A stretch of DNA of 64,000 nucleotides, taken from the NCBI RefSeq assembly GCF_036321535.1, contig NC_087437.1, forward strand, positions 93,560,001 to 93,624,000, read 5' to 3'. Made by a program: the position numbers and the translations under genes. The notes under the pieces are model-generated. The model did not search any database and was not told the DNA's origin. It saw only the letters and a program-made list of their open reading frames with translations. This document shows, piece after piece, positions 1-12,949 of the stretch (position 1 is the stretch's first letter; every line of letters begins with the position of its first letter). The DNA is from Camelus dromedarius (taxonomy: Eukaryota).

Positions 1-2295
1 ATTTTGTTAAAAAATGTATTCATGCTATGCTATCATGGCTGCTCTGAGAGAGAACCTATCTTTTCAGGGCAATAGAAGTGCTGAAATAACAAGGGAGATG
101 CTCTCAGTGAAGAGATAAAATCTGTGAATCATGTAGATGATCTGATTGTTAAGTCTTAAAGGGAAAGTAGTGGGCAATATGCTTCCAGGTTGAAGGGTGT
201 TTTTAAAATATGGGTCTGACTGCGAAGACTGAAAAACCAGAAGTAGCTTTTCCTGCTTCAGTTGCAGCGGTGAAAACAGCATGAAATTTAAGCCATTGCA
301 GGTCGACCTCCTTCACATTGAGAAAGACCCACATCTATGATCTCTGGATGTTGTGGGCTAGGCAGTTGGAGGAACGACTGCTGGATACACAGAAACAGAG
401 GAATAAATGATGTAGTGGTCTAGTGGACTGAGGCATTTTCATAGCCCAGAAACTAGAGTTCCCCAGGTCAGTGTGCTTTCATAAAAGAGAACAGCTCAGA
501 CTTTAAGGGAAGTGTCCAGTGTTATAGCTTCCATGATGCTGCTTAATGAACTGTTTCATGTCAATAGCTCAACATAATCCCATACCAGGAGGCAATACTA
601 AAAATTTCTTCTCCTTACAACTTCAGTATTTTCAGTTTTCAATAATTATTATGCTCAACTTTAGCAGTCAGAGAAAAGGTATCAGTGAACACAACACATA
701 AAAATGAAGGTATTGCTGTGACATTGGCAGGGGGTGCAGATCAAGACTTTTCTAACTCAAGTAACTGTTTCTAGGAGGTACATTTATTTCTAGAGGCATT
801 TTTGAGGAACTGTTAGGTGATTATACAGTCCTCTCAGATACTAAAGATAAGTCCCAATGTAAAATCCTGAAAGATAAACATATACTTGATTGCTATTTCA
901 TCAGTTCTAAATTTGTCTCTCATAAGTGTGACTTGTCCCTTGTTGGTGGCTATAGAAATTGATAAAATATGAGAAACTTTTAATTTTAATATGAAATATT
1001 CATATGGAATGATAAATATGCATGGCATGCAAATAATACCCAAATCACTGTGCTGCTGAAAAGAGGAAAAAAATCACCTTTCCTATGTTTTGATCATTCA
1101 CAATTAGCAGTTTGGTAATTATTTTCATCTAAGACCTGTGTTTGATATTCCCATAGTTATTTGTTCTTCTCATTTTATCCCCTCATTTTTACCTTTTTTG
1201 TTGATGTTATAATGGGCACAGCACTTCATTTGGTTTCCATAAACTATTTGCCGTCTTCTGTTATAATTCATTAACACATATTTTATGGATCTCATATTGC
1301 TTCCATATGACATTTGCTTAAGTGGATCACATCTCATAATTTATAATGTGTCCCTTTTGATCTATTGTCTACTAGTGTCAAACAACCTTTATAGATGGAC
1401 AGGTGAGGGATACTTGATTTACTAGATACTTGCATGTTCGCTGTCTAATTTAGCTGTATGAAATTCATATGCAGCTGAAACTTCATGAAACATATGTGAA
1501 GCACATGTGTATCTATATATGTATATATACATGAACTCTAATATTGACTTATAGTATATTATTTACCATTAATCTTCTCTGAAAAAATATGATCAGATTA
1601 TTTGAATCCTCACCTAAATACTCATAGCTACCTTGGGTCCACCACAATAGTATAGAAAGTATGTATTCAAAAGATTCACAATTTTTTATTAATAGTAGGA
1701 ATTTTATATTCAAAACATACTTTGTTTCCAACTCACTAACTATGCTGTATCTCAAGCAGCTAATATAATGATTCACACATAGTAGGGATTTCATGGATTT
1801 TTTTTTAATGAAGGGAAAAAGTGAATGACCATAGTTAAGTTGTTAGTATTATTTGAATAGCTGGATTAGTGGAGGCTCTGTTTTGTGTTCACCCAGCTTT
1901 AATTAGATACCTAAGGGCTGAATTACTTCTTCTCAGAGGGGCTATTTTATCACACCAGCTCTATGAGGGAAACTATCCAAAATCATCTAAAATGAATTAC
2001 CCATTCAAAAGTTTTTTCTATAAAAGAGCTATGGCCAGACCCAACAGTAAGGCTCAGTCATAGAAACAAGTGCTAATTCCACTGGGGAGTGTACTGAGTT
2101 AGAGGTAGACTTGAGCTCAACAAGAGATTAAAATGTGTTGCTATAACCTTGATGACATTTTAATTAACCTCTCTAGGTCACAAAATATGTTTTCTTCTTT
2201 TTTATCTACCCTTTGGGCCAGGCATTTCTAAGAAGAGTTTATGGAACATAATAGAAATTCAACAGGTGTTAAATGTCCTGCATCAGCAATAATCC

Positions 2296-2923
2296 AATAT
2301 GCCATCCATTCTAAGATGCAAAGAACTTCACATTTTATCATCTTCAAAATTGAATTGCAGCTTGCAATCAACAGCATTGTGTGTTTGCCATTGGCCAGAT
2401 GGCAGTCATGACTTAGTGAACATCTATTCAGCCACCAGTTGGTCAGAACTGTTCATAATGCAGCCACAGCTATTGGCTTACATGCATTTTTGGCATTTCC
2501 CATGTTGAGCATAATTTCCATTTATAAATTATTCAAATAATTACTTAAAAATTAAAAAAACCCCACTATTCACTGATTAGCATTGAAACAAAAAGTTGCT
2601 GAGAACACAGTCATGGAATGTATAGTTGGTTATACATTTTATGAATGAAATAGGTCAACTACAAAGTGGTTTATGAGACCTAAAAGAGGAAGATACACTA
2701 GTTGAAACTGTTTTTTTTTTTTTTTTACTGAAATGAATGGAAGGCATAAGAAATTTCAAATCTTTCAGAAGAGAGAGAAGACATTTCAGAGCAAGTAGAA
2801 GCTAATAAGGACAAAACATGTGCCATATTGTACTACTTTAATGTATTGTGTCACTATTTACTTGCCTTTTTTAGAGGAATACAATATACATCTTACAAAT
2901 TGATAGCTTGGATTCAGTGAAAT
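2296..2923 (+). mobile_element. Kanga/MER104-like TcMar-Tc2 DNA transposon relic
   Basis: Left end ...CCATTCTAAGATGCA..CACATTTTATCATCT and right end CATCTTACAAATTGATAGCTTGGATTCAGTGAAAT resemble degenerate Kanga/MER104 terminal inverted repeats (from recall). Confidence 0.6.
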
Positions 2924-3019
2924 CAAATTTAAAATTTGGTTAAGGTTTAGTGAGCATTTAATCTCTATTAAATAATTTATGGCATTATTTTCTTCAGAAA
3001 AGATATAAGGTAACTTTAA

Positions 3020-3195
3020 ATGATTATATTAATCTTCATGCCATAACTCAAAATAGGTTCTATCCTATTCATTTTATATTTATGTAGAAAAGGATTCTAT
3101 AAACAGAGTTATATGAAAGTACATACTAGAACCAGGAATGGAGTCTAGACCTTTTTGGCTCATAAATTCATGTTATTTCTACTACATTACATTAC
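3020..3195 (-). mobile_element. MIR SINE, degraded
   Basis: ATTAATCTTCA...CATTTTATA...GAACCAGGAATGGAGTCTAGAC resembles antisense MIR core. Confidence 0.45.
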
Positions 3196-6100
3196 CTCCT
3201 TGAGAAAATCATACAGTACATTTATTTTAGTTGAACTTAATGTCAAGGTATTATATACTATTCAAGTGGTTAAAATATAGTATTAAATTTAACTGAAGAA
3301 TTTAAATTTTACTTAGATATACAAATACATACAGTCACACACACATTCACACACCTTCACCTACGTAAGCATTCAACACTTTCCAAAATAAAATCTATTT
3401 TACTGTTTGGCATATTGTTTTGTATTTCTTCCCTGATTTTGTTATGTAGGAAGCAATTATTGCCAATTTCATTAATTAATTTAGTAAGTTTTAATGATTT
3501 CAAAATTTTCAAAAGACAGGTCCATGACTAAATAGTTGTTGAAAGTCTCCAAAACTGCGTTTCTTTATGTCCCTGGATTCTGGAAAAGTCAGAGTATCTT
3601 CTAAGTACATTAAAGTGAATCTCATTTAGATTTAGAAATAGAGTACTCACGTTAGATTAAATAACAGTGACACTCAGATAACTGGGAGGTTTTGCAGATT
3701 CAGTCTTTCTATGAAAGAAAACTGATTTTCATAAATTTTCACTTCTGATTAGAGCCCATTAGCAGTCCCTGAGGGCTTCCATCTGAAGTGTGCACAGAAA
3801 TTCCACGAAGGCCCTGTGCTTACAAAACTCTCAACAAAATTATACTCCTTGTGTACAACCTACTTCTCTTTTATCGAGAGTGATGGCGTTATTTTGTCTA
3901 AGTGTGTGGTGGAAAAGCTCATTTAAGGCCAAGAGGTATTTACTGGTTTATACTTTAGTACTGGTCCTTCAGTATAGAGTTTGTGGTATTAAAATAAAAC
4001 ATTCTTATCCCCAAATAAATGCATTCAAATATATTTTGTTGTATTCTAATTTTATGATTCCATGGTTCCCAAATACACAGGTTTTATTTTCCATGCTAGT
4101 TCAGGATTGCCGATTAATTAAACTTTATGGGAGACAGAACTGATTTCTTAAGGCATAGAGATGAAAGAACTGATTAGGTATGTGCAGACTGCAATTTGTT
4201 CTAATGGTTCATCTTTGTTTCTAACAATTCTTGCTTCTGTATATTTCCACCTGTTAAATTACTCTATAATTGACTGTTTCCTGCTACTTGACAGGAAAAC
4301 ATTACAATCACAATAAAAAGTAATTTAAGGCTATTACCAATCAATGAAATATGTCCCAGTCTGAAATGAGATTGAAATAATTTATAGGAATTTTACAGTC
4401 CAATTAGAATGGAGATTATTCCACAGGGGGGAATCAACTTCTGCAAAACTGCAAGCATCATATATTTCCTAATAAGTTCTCACAGCTGAAACAATGTCAT
4501 TATTGGAAGGCAGCACAGGAAATTTGATGCAATCGGAAGAATCTTACAAATAAATGCTGGCAGAAAAAAAAAAAAGGATATTTGTGGACCCATAACTCAG
4601 TAGTGGATTTGAGGTTAATGCAAAATGAAGTTGATGCAACATTAAATTTAGGAGGCACATTGAGTTTAGTATTGGTGAATAAGTCATCACAAATATTGTT
4701 TGTTGACTGACTTACTATAATTTTAACGCTAAGAAATCTTTTCTAACAGTAGTCAGCAACTGAACAATGGTCCCGCCTCTCCCCACTGCCCACCAACATA
4801 CAAAACTGAAATGTTCTAGAGAGGAAGCATTTCATTTCACTCTTGAAAAGCAATTACATTCAGTTCCTGCTTTTCTGGCAAATGTAACGTCTGAGTCTGA
4901 AGGCTTTATGAGCAATGACAAGATTTGAATGTATTTGCTCACTATTTTACGCTGAGAGTTCATGTATTTAATTTTACTTATTTATAAATCCACTCACATT
5001 CATCAGAAAAGTGACAATATTTGGAAAAGACAAACATTTTAAGAAAATAAATACTTAGAAACAATTGGGTCCAACAAACACGATTGGGAAATGGACAAAT
5101 CTATTATACCATTCCTTTGTTTTCCTAATAAACAAACACAAAATGCTTCTTTATTCTCTACTCGCCTTCTCCTTTCCCTCCCCGGCTGCTTTCACCTCTC
5201 ACCTTTAACTGCTTGATGTTTTGTTAGTCACTTTATTGAGAGTAAAGAATTGAATCCTCCAAATAATTTAGACAAATGGAAACCACACTATTGTGGGTGG
5301 GAGAGCAAGGTTGTTAACTAGTAATTCCTTGAATGTAGACTTAACTAAATTCATTGATTCCTTCACCTTAAAACTGGGCTCTTCCTAACTTTCTGTGAGG
5401 TCTGTTAAAAACAACAAATGAACATGAGACAGTTAGTGGAATCAGGTGGGGAAGAGTACTTAATAGTGACAAAAGGAGTCATAGAGCTTCTTACGAGAAT
5501 AAAAATTGTATCAAATATGAAATTATGTTAAGCAATTATTTTTAAATTAATCTTAACTTCCCTGAGAATATTGATTAGTTCTACTTATATTAAGAAATAA
5601 AACTGTATGTGTAAAACAAACCCCTAGAATTAGAATTATATCCATATATGAATATATACACAATGTGTGTTGCTTTGTATTCCTGTAAGTTATCCAGGAT
5701 GCTTATCTCATTTAAAATTAAAAAAAAAATCCAATTATCTCCTGGGAAAAGTGAACATGAATTTACCCATTCTTTAACTGAGAAGACATTTATTGTGCTG
5801 CCAAAGAGTAGTAGACAGAAAGCGTGGTGTCTTCAAGGAAATAACAAATAAGAATACAATAATACAACAAGCATACGGATGTAAAAGATCTGTTAAATGT
5901 TTTCTTATAGAGTGATCTGGACTCTCATTTGCTTGATACGTACATACATACATTAGGTTATACCTTTGTATCTTCTAATTTGTACATCAGCAGCCAAACT
6001 CTTGAGTAATGCCTTTGAATAATCACATAGGTACAGACTGTTATAAAAGATTAGATTTGTCATCAGTTTTTTTCAGCTCAGTAGTTATTTGTGCAATTAT

Positions 6101-6647
6101 TAGAAGATGAGGGTTGCCAGAGTGGATGTAGCTCAAAGCCACTTTCAATTTGCAAAAAAGATCAGCAAATAGAGCCCCACCTAAATGACTTCAGTGTGCT
6201 TCCTAACACGTTGATTGTGATGAAAACTAATGAAGCTCACAAGTTCAGAACTGCTGAGGGAGAGAAAATTTATTATGACTCTGTGGCCATAAATGAAGGC
6301 AGCCATCCTCCTTTCTTTTGATATAAATATCAACGAATTAGGTTCCTTCGTAGCAAACATCTCAGTCCCACTAGTGACCATTTTTAATTGCTATAAAGAC
6401 TATTTGAATGTCTATGTTTGATTTGTGGCCATAATGTTTATAAAATAATAATAATAATATACTTGGTTTATTTTTTATTATTTGCCAAAAATTACATCTA
6501 TTGTTCCTTTAATCCTCACAGGAACAATCAACCAGATATTAGTGTTATCCCCAATTTACATATGAGAAAAATGGGATATAGAATTAAGAACATTGTCCAC
6601 ACTTATGTATTCAATAAATGGATGAATTAGGGCTTAGTTACAGGCTG

Positions 6648-7185
6648 GTTACCAAATGAATTTTTGTGCCCCACCTCCAATTCATATGTTGAAATCCTAA
6701 GCCCCAGTGTGATTGGCCTTTAGGAGATGATTACAATTGACCTTGAACAACAAGGGTTTGAACTCTAGCAGGTCCACTTATACAAGGAATTTTTTCAGTA
6801 AATACATACCATACTATACGGTCTGCAGTTGGTTGAATCTGAAGATGCAGAACTGCATCGATGGAAGGCCCACTATAAAGCTATACTTGGATTTTCAAAT
6901 GTGGGAAGGGTCAGCACACCAGCCCCTGCATTGTTCAAGGGTCAACTGTAGATCCTGTGGGTGGATCCCTGATAAACAAAATTTGTATCCTTTTAAGAAG
7001 AGACCTGAGATGATTTCTAAAAGAAAGCCATCTGTAAACTGGAAAGAGTGTTCTCACCAGATACCATATCTGCCAATGCTTTGATTTTGGACTTCCCAAC
7101 ATCCAGAAGGGTGGTAAGAAATCACTGTTACTTAAGCCACACTGTCTACAGTGTTCTGTAACGGCAGCCTAAACTGACTAAAACG
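6648..7185 (+). mobile_element. MLT1A/B-type MaLR solo LTR, interrupted by a Tigger MITE
   Basis: AATTCATATGTTGAAATCCTAAGCCCCAGTGTGAT near the start; TTGATTTTGGACTTCC...TAAGCCAC...GCAGCCTAAACTGACTAA at the end. Confidence 0.85.
6734..6948. mobile_element. Tigger2-derived MITE (MER8/Tigger2a-like)
   Basis: TIRs CAATTGACCTTGAACAA / TTGTTCAAGGGTCAACTG; TA target duplication at 6732-6733 and 6949-6950. Confidence 0.9.
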
Positions 7186-7714
7186 AGATCTGAGCTCTAA
7201 AAACAATGTTGTATGCTGCCTCATATAAAGCTTCATTATCTCAAGTGGATTACACTTATGTGGAATAAAATCCAAGCTGTTTGTCTTTAAAAGTTTTTAT
7301 AATATTTCCCAACTCCTTGGGAACTTGATTTTTGTATTATACTTTCAAGTACTTTCTCAGGAATGCACTACTTATGCAAGAAAGTAGGAATGATTCTGTA
7401 AAAACTATAAAAGCTATCTTATTCAATACTTCTATTTGGGTTTTGTTTCCCTTCTGATATATAAAATAGATGAGTAACACAAGATCAAGTAAAACACCTA
7501 CTGGATCAAATTGCACACTTCCCTGGACAGAGAAGGCATTTAATAAATTCTTCCGAGTTGAACTGTATGTTTCATATTTTTCAATGTAAACATAAGTATC
7601 TAGGAAACATAAGAGAGAATGTAATTCAATTTCTTGTCTTACAGAAAACAAAATATAATACACTCTAGTACAGAGTGTTCAGATTGAAGGAAAATCCAAA
7701 CATTATATTCCCAT

Positions 7715-7932
7715 TACATTATGGTTTACAGCTGTGTCTGTAAATTCAGTCTGCTGCTTACTCAGTGTTACCTTGGGCAAGGTACTTAGCCTTTCTTGGC
7801 TTAAATCTTCTCATCTAGTAAATGAGAAAAATTGTATGACATATATCTGCAATATTCTAGTAATTAAATAGGCTAATGTATTGAAATTATTTAGGACTGA
7901 GATACATAAAAATGCTCAGTAAGTATTCACTG
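7715..7932 (+). mobile_element. MIR SINE
   Basis: CTTACT..GTGTTACCTTGGGCAAGGTACTTAGCCT...TTCTCATCTAGTAAATGAG; tail AATGCTCAGTAAGTATT. Confidence 0.75.
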
Positions 7933-8828
7933 CAACAACTTGTACATCTATTACTACTAGTAGTGCTGCTTACTATATGCAGTCCAAGCCTCTATTGATT
8001 AATTTTATTTTGTCTTTTTCAAAATAGCCACGTAAAGTTGAACTGATTATTGACATCTTTGAGATAGTTACACAGTATTAAATAGTCTCATTTCTGTTAA
8101 TTTTCATTGACTGTATAATCAGATGTTTTTTAAACATACTGTAATCTTTTCTTTGCACATATATATACTGATTTGACAAAATATGATTTTGAGATGATAT
8201 TTGAATAAAAGAAAGAGATTAATTTATATTGGTAATATATTTCATTTTTTGTTGCTTAATATTCACCATTATTTCATTTATTTATTTCACAGATGGCACT
8301 TCTGATTCTGTTGAGGTATCTAGATCTCACCACACAAAATTCTTTACTTGAAATTAAGAAAAACATATATAGTCATTTAACTTTATGAATTTCATAATTA
8401 TCCTAAATTATAATGGAACACTTATTGACTTTTAATAGCGTCATTTCCCACCGTAAAGTCTTAGAAATCTCAATTGTAGTGAAATACAAAAACTTAATAA
8501 GCACATTGTCATTTTTCCTACCAAATAAATATAGAAATATTGAATAGTCTTATATCTAAAGTCATTCCAACCACCTTCATTGGTTTGTTCAATGATAACT
8601 ACTTTGTGGATTAGACAATACTTAAAACTAAGATCATGCATTTCCAGTTTAATAAGGGTTATATTTTAAAACCATCACATAAACAAAACTAATTATATCT
8701 CTTATGTACATATATATTTCATAATATTCTGTTATAAAACATGGAAAGTAATAGGAATTTGCCTTCCATTATATGATTATGTCGGTAGATTTAAATTCTA
8801 ATGATATGCTTAATCTGCAAATGAAATA

Positions 8829-9145
8829 GAGCAGTCCCTCAGTATCCACAGAGGATTGGTTCCAGAATCAGCCCATGAGTGCCCAAATCTGCAGGTGCTC
8901 AGGTCCCTTATATAAAATGACATAATATTTGCACACAACCTACCCACATTCTCCATACTTTAAATTATCTCTTGATTACTTATAATACAGAATGCAATGT
9001 AAATGCTATGTAAATAGTTGCTGGCATGCAGAAACTTCAAGTTTTACTTTCTGAAACTATTTGGAATTATTTTTTCCCAGAGATTTTCAATCCAGAGTTG
9101 ATTGCATCTGCAGATGTGGAAACCATAGATACAGAGGGCCAACCA
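8829..9145. mobile_element. MER2/MER2B Tigger-type MITE
   Basis: Ends GAGCAGTCCCTCAGTATCC / GATACAGAGGGCCAACCA flanked by TA (8827-8828, 9146-9147); MER2 body GGATTGGTTCCAG..GTCCCTTATATAAAATG. Confidence 0.9.
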
Positions 9146-9289
9146 TATTTGTTTTTACAGCGTTATCCTAGTAAGGACCCTTTTATTCCCAGTTCTGGAA
9201 TTTGCTTTTAAATTAACTTTTAATATAGTTAGAATGGAATATCATATTGAAAATTACATTTCAAAATTTCAAATTATTTTGCTGTGTAT

Positions 9290-11130
9290 GTATTACCACT
9301 GTACACGATCAGATCTTCTACTGCCATTCTTACCATTGTTTCCTGGTAGGTAATGTGTTCTTTTATTGGCATTTTTAAGATTTTTCTCTTTAGGGTCGAC
9401 TTTTAGTAATAGAACTGTGACATATCTCTTTCTGGTGTTCATTATATTCATTCTGCTTAAAGTCTGCTGAGATTTTTTGGATCAATTTGATATTTTGAAC
9501 TCGATTTGGAAAATTTCAGCCAATATCTCTGAATTTTTTTCAGCCCCATTTTATCTCTTCTTTCCTTCTGGAATTCTAATTACATATATGATTGCCTGCT
9601 TGATACCCACAGATCACAGGGCTTTGTTTATTTTTTAAAATAAATTTAGGTTTGGATGATGTATGTTGACTTCTCCCCAACTTCACTAATCTTTCTCTTG
9701 TTGTTACCAACACTGATATTCCCATTCAATTAATGTTTAATGTTAAATATTGTAGTTCTTATTTTTAGAATTTTCACTTGGTTAATTTTAAGAGATTTTA
9801 TATCTTGCTCAAGCCCTCCCCTAATTATTTTTTCACTTTTCCTAAAGTTTCTTTAATATATTTATTATAATTACTTTAAAGTCTTTGCATACTATTCTAT
9901 CATTTGGATTGTCTGTTAGTCTATTTCTACTGACTTTTCTCTATTTACTATAGTTTTTTTTCCGTTTTAAAGAATCTCTAGTATCTTTTTGTTGTATATT
10001 GGACATTGCAGATGATATATGTGGTGAATCTGGACTCTATTAACTTTCTCTGTTAAATGTTGAGTTGCATTAAATTACTTACAGCTAACCTTGACCTTGT
10101 ATAAGCTTGGTTTTAAATTTTATTAGAGAGGGTAGGTTTCAATTTTGCCCATATTCTTAGGGTCAAAACCTTAGTCTGAGGATACAGTTCTTATTCTTAA
10201 ATTGTGGCCATATCCAGGGCTTTAATGGAATGATTAAGTCAAACACCTCTTACTTCTCAAGAATTGAACTCTAAAATCTGGATTCCCAATGTTAAGCAGC
10301 TACTTAAATAATTTCTCAGCGTTAAAACCAATTATCTTTTTTTTTTTTTCCCCTTGAGTGGGACTTTCACCTTACACTTAGGCAGTTCAAACTAAGGGGA
10401 GTGTGCACATAGATTTGGAAGGTCCCACTCTTCCCTTCCTCCTTGGCTGAATACTGGCTCTTTATTTTTTTAACTGTTTCCGCAGACTGAAATTCTGACT
10501 TCTGATCCCCCATGTCAGTAAGACTGCTTTTTTCTAATTAAACTCTCTTCTCTATATGCCTTAGGCTAAGTAGTTCCCTTAAGGTAAAAACTGAACTAAA
10601 ATATTAACATCATCCAATGTGTTTCCTTCCTTTCGTGGTTTGAAGCTTCCCTAGTTTCTAACTGCTTTGGGTTTTTCTCAAGTGCCTTCGATATTGGTTC
10701 CTTCATATTCCTACTCTCTCCTCTACTTTGAGAAACATGCATTAACATTTCTGCGATTCCCATTTATTTATCTTTCACTATAAAATTCTGAATAATTTCT
10801 TTAGATATATCTTTAGTTCAGTAAATCCCACTTGGGTGTATCTAAAAATTTCTATATTTTAAAATTTTCTTGCCTGTTACTAATAGTTTTATCCTTATTT
10901 TATTTTTCAGTATTTTTATATATAATTATTATATGTTCTGAATCTATTAATTCAGATATCTAAAATACTTGCACGTCTGATTCTGTTTCATTTAAATTTT
11001 TTGACTTTCACTAATGGTCTATTGCATATATATATATATATATTTTTTCGATTTGTAACTATGAGCTTATGATTCTTGAAATAATTTCTGTGGAAATATC
11101 CTAAGGCCATGGTTGAAGAAAGGTTTTGCA
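9290..11130 (-). mobile_element. Ancient L1 (L1M class) ORF1/5' region relic(s)
   Basis: Reverse complement near 9500-9580 resembles L1 ORF1 (GIPEG.. / ILAEIF..); T-rich antisense L1 composition; boundaries approximate. Confidence 0.65.
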
Positions 11131-12949
11131 TTTATTTATAGCTTATTGTTCTTAAGAATACCCAGATAGTGTGAATTTATGTTTAAAAATTGTCAGAAAA
11201 TTGTTTTCAGCTTAATCTAACCAAGTTTCAAGGAAAATATTTTAGAATATCTAACAAATGTATTTGGCCTCCAAATATTCCTGACTTCTTACTGGATCAT
11301 AGATATACTTATTTTCCTTTTTATGCAGGCTATTTAGTTGTTTTTATCTATAGAGTCTGTTAGAATATATACTCAGTTATTGCCATTGGAAAAAAAATTT
11401 TCCCATTATTTCTTACTAGTTCTGTAATTCTAAATTCTTCCATGTTCCATGTGAGTATGTCAGCAAAGGAACAAGGCAGAAACATTTCCAAATGCAAGAG
11501 CTGCTAGATTCCAGTATTAATATCATCTTAAAAAGCTACAAATCATACTGACTTTATCATAAATATTTTTTGAAACATACTCAAACTCGAGAATAGGTGA
11601 AGAGAGGTAAATGGCTTTCTTCATAAATAGAACAGGTGTTGTGTACTGGTTGATTAGCATCAATGCTTTCTCAATATAGAGTAATATCAAGATAACTTTG
11701 GGATTAACTATTTGAAATAATGCTTATTCATGGCCAAATCTTTAAAACATAAACATTAGGTGAAATTCAAATGCTGGTAGATGGCTTCATTATAAATAGG
11801 TGCATTTAAAACAGACAGATAAGATCTGTACTTACAAGCATTCTTCCTTTATGTTTTGAAGCACAGACAATTAAAAAGCTTAAAGGAAAAAAAAAAAAAA
11901 ACCCTGATTTAAGTGATTGGTGAGAAGGAGAAGGTGGTTCTGAATGGTGACAATCCATTTCACCCCATGCCTTCCCTCCTTTCATGGTAAATCAAGGCTG
12001 TATAATTCCCTGAAGACAGATATGGAAACCATGGTGGGACTGTCTCATGGGGTCACTTTTAAAAAGATCCTGATTAAAAAGTTCTCTGTCAGAGAAAAAC
12101 AAGACCAATTGTAAATCAATACCTCAAAAGCTGTGTTGTGATTAGATGTTGAAGAAACATACGAGAGTGACAGCGTGAATGTGTGATTGGCCTAGAAAGG
12201 AACACTTCAAATAAAAAAGAAATGTTATAGATCTATGAGATCACAGAGCATAAAGTCATTTGTGACATTATCGATCTTGTAGGAATTCCTGTGCATTACA
12301 TCCTCTGTCCTCTTCTTTTTACTCCAACACAGAAAGGGCCAGAAATTTCAGTTAGCAAGACAAGAGAAAAAATAGAGGTGACAAAGAGGAATTTTGATTT
12401 CTAGATAGAATGGGGAAATTAGAAGATCATTGCTACGTTTGTTTATGGTAGCAATAAGATGAACATGCAAGGTTTTTTTAAGATCATATTTTTCTATACA
12501 GCTAACAAAGAGTGGTAGATGCCAGGAAACTTCAGTAGCATGAATTACAGAGAGAAAGGAGCCCTTAAAAGTGGGCAAAGACTTGTGGCAGCTCTTACAC
12601 TGTATGTGGGTACTTATACTGGGCAAAGTTATTTAGAGAAGCAGACTTGTCACAGATGGGGAGACTCTGCAGGGATGAGGAGAAATCAGCCAAGTCACAG
12701 GCAGAATTATAGTCAACCACTCTTATCTAACTCAAATATTGACATTCTAAAAGTAATGATGGCGCAGATAACTGGATGTTGATCACAGGTAAACTTAATA
12801 CAATTGTAGCTAATGTCACAGTCAGTTCAATTTTATTCTTGGAGGATCTGAGTGACCGTGATTGTAACTAATGGATAGGGGAAAGAACTTTCACTCTGTA
12901 GGAAATAACTGAAAGAAAGATTATGAATTATTCACTACTTTCCTTTTAC

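Larger units (their letters stand above)
6443..7222 (-). mobile_element. MIR SINE split by an MLT1 LTR (pieces ~6443-6647 and ~7186-7222)
   Basis: TTTAATCCTCACA...TTATCCCCAATTTACATATGAGAAAA MIR core; the MIR head GAGCTCTAA..ATGCTGCCTC resumes after the LTR. Confidence 0.7.

Noticed and set aside
6091..6321. 76-aa ORF with protein-like composition
   Set aside because: GTG start, no recognisable domain, no convincing splice sites or retrocopy hallmarks
6737..7084. 115-aa ORF
   Set aside because: Entirely within the Tigger MITE and MLT1 LTR
12519..12782. 87-aa ATG ORF
   Set aside because: No recognisable family; lies just upstream of an old L1 and may be decayed L1 5' sequence
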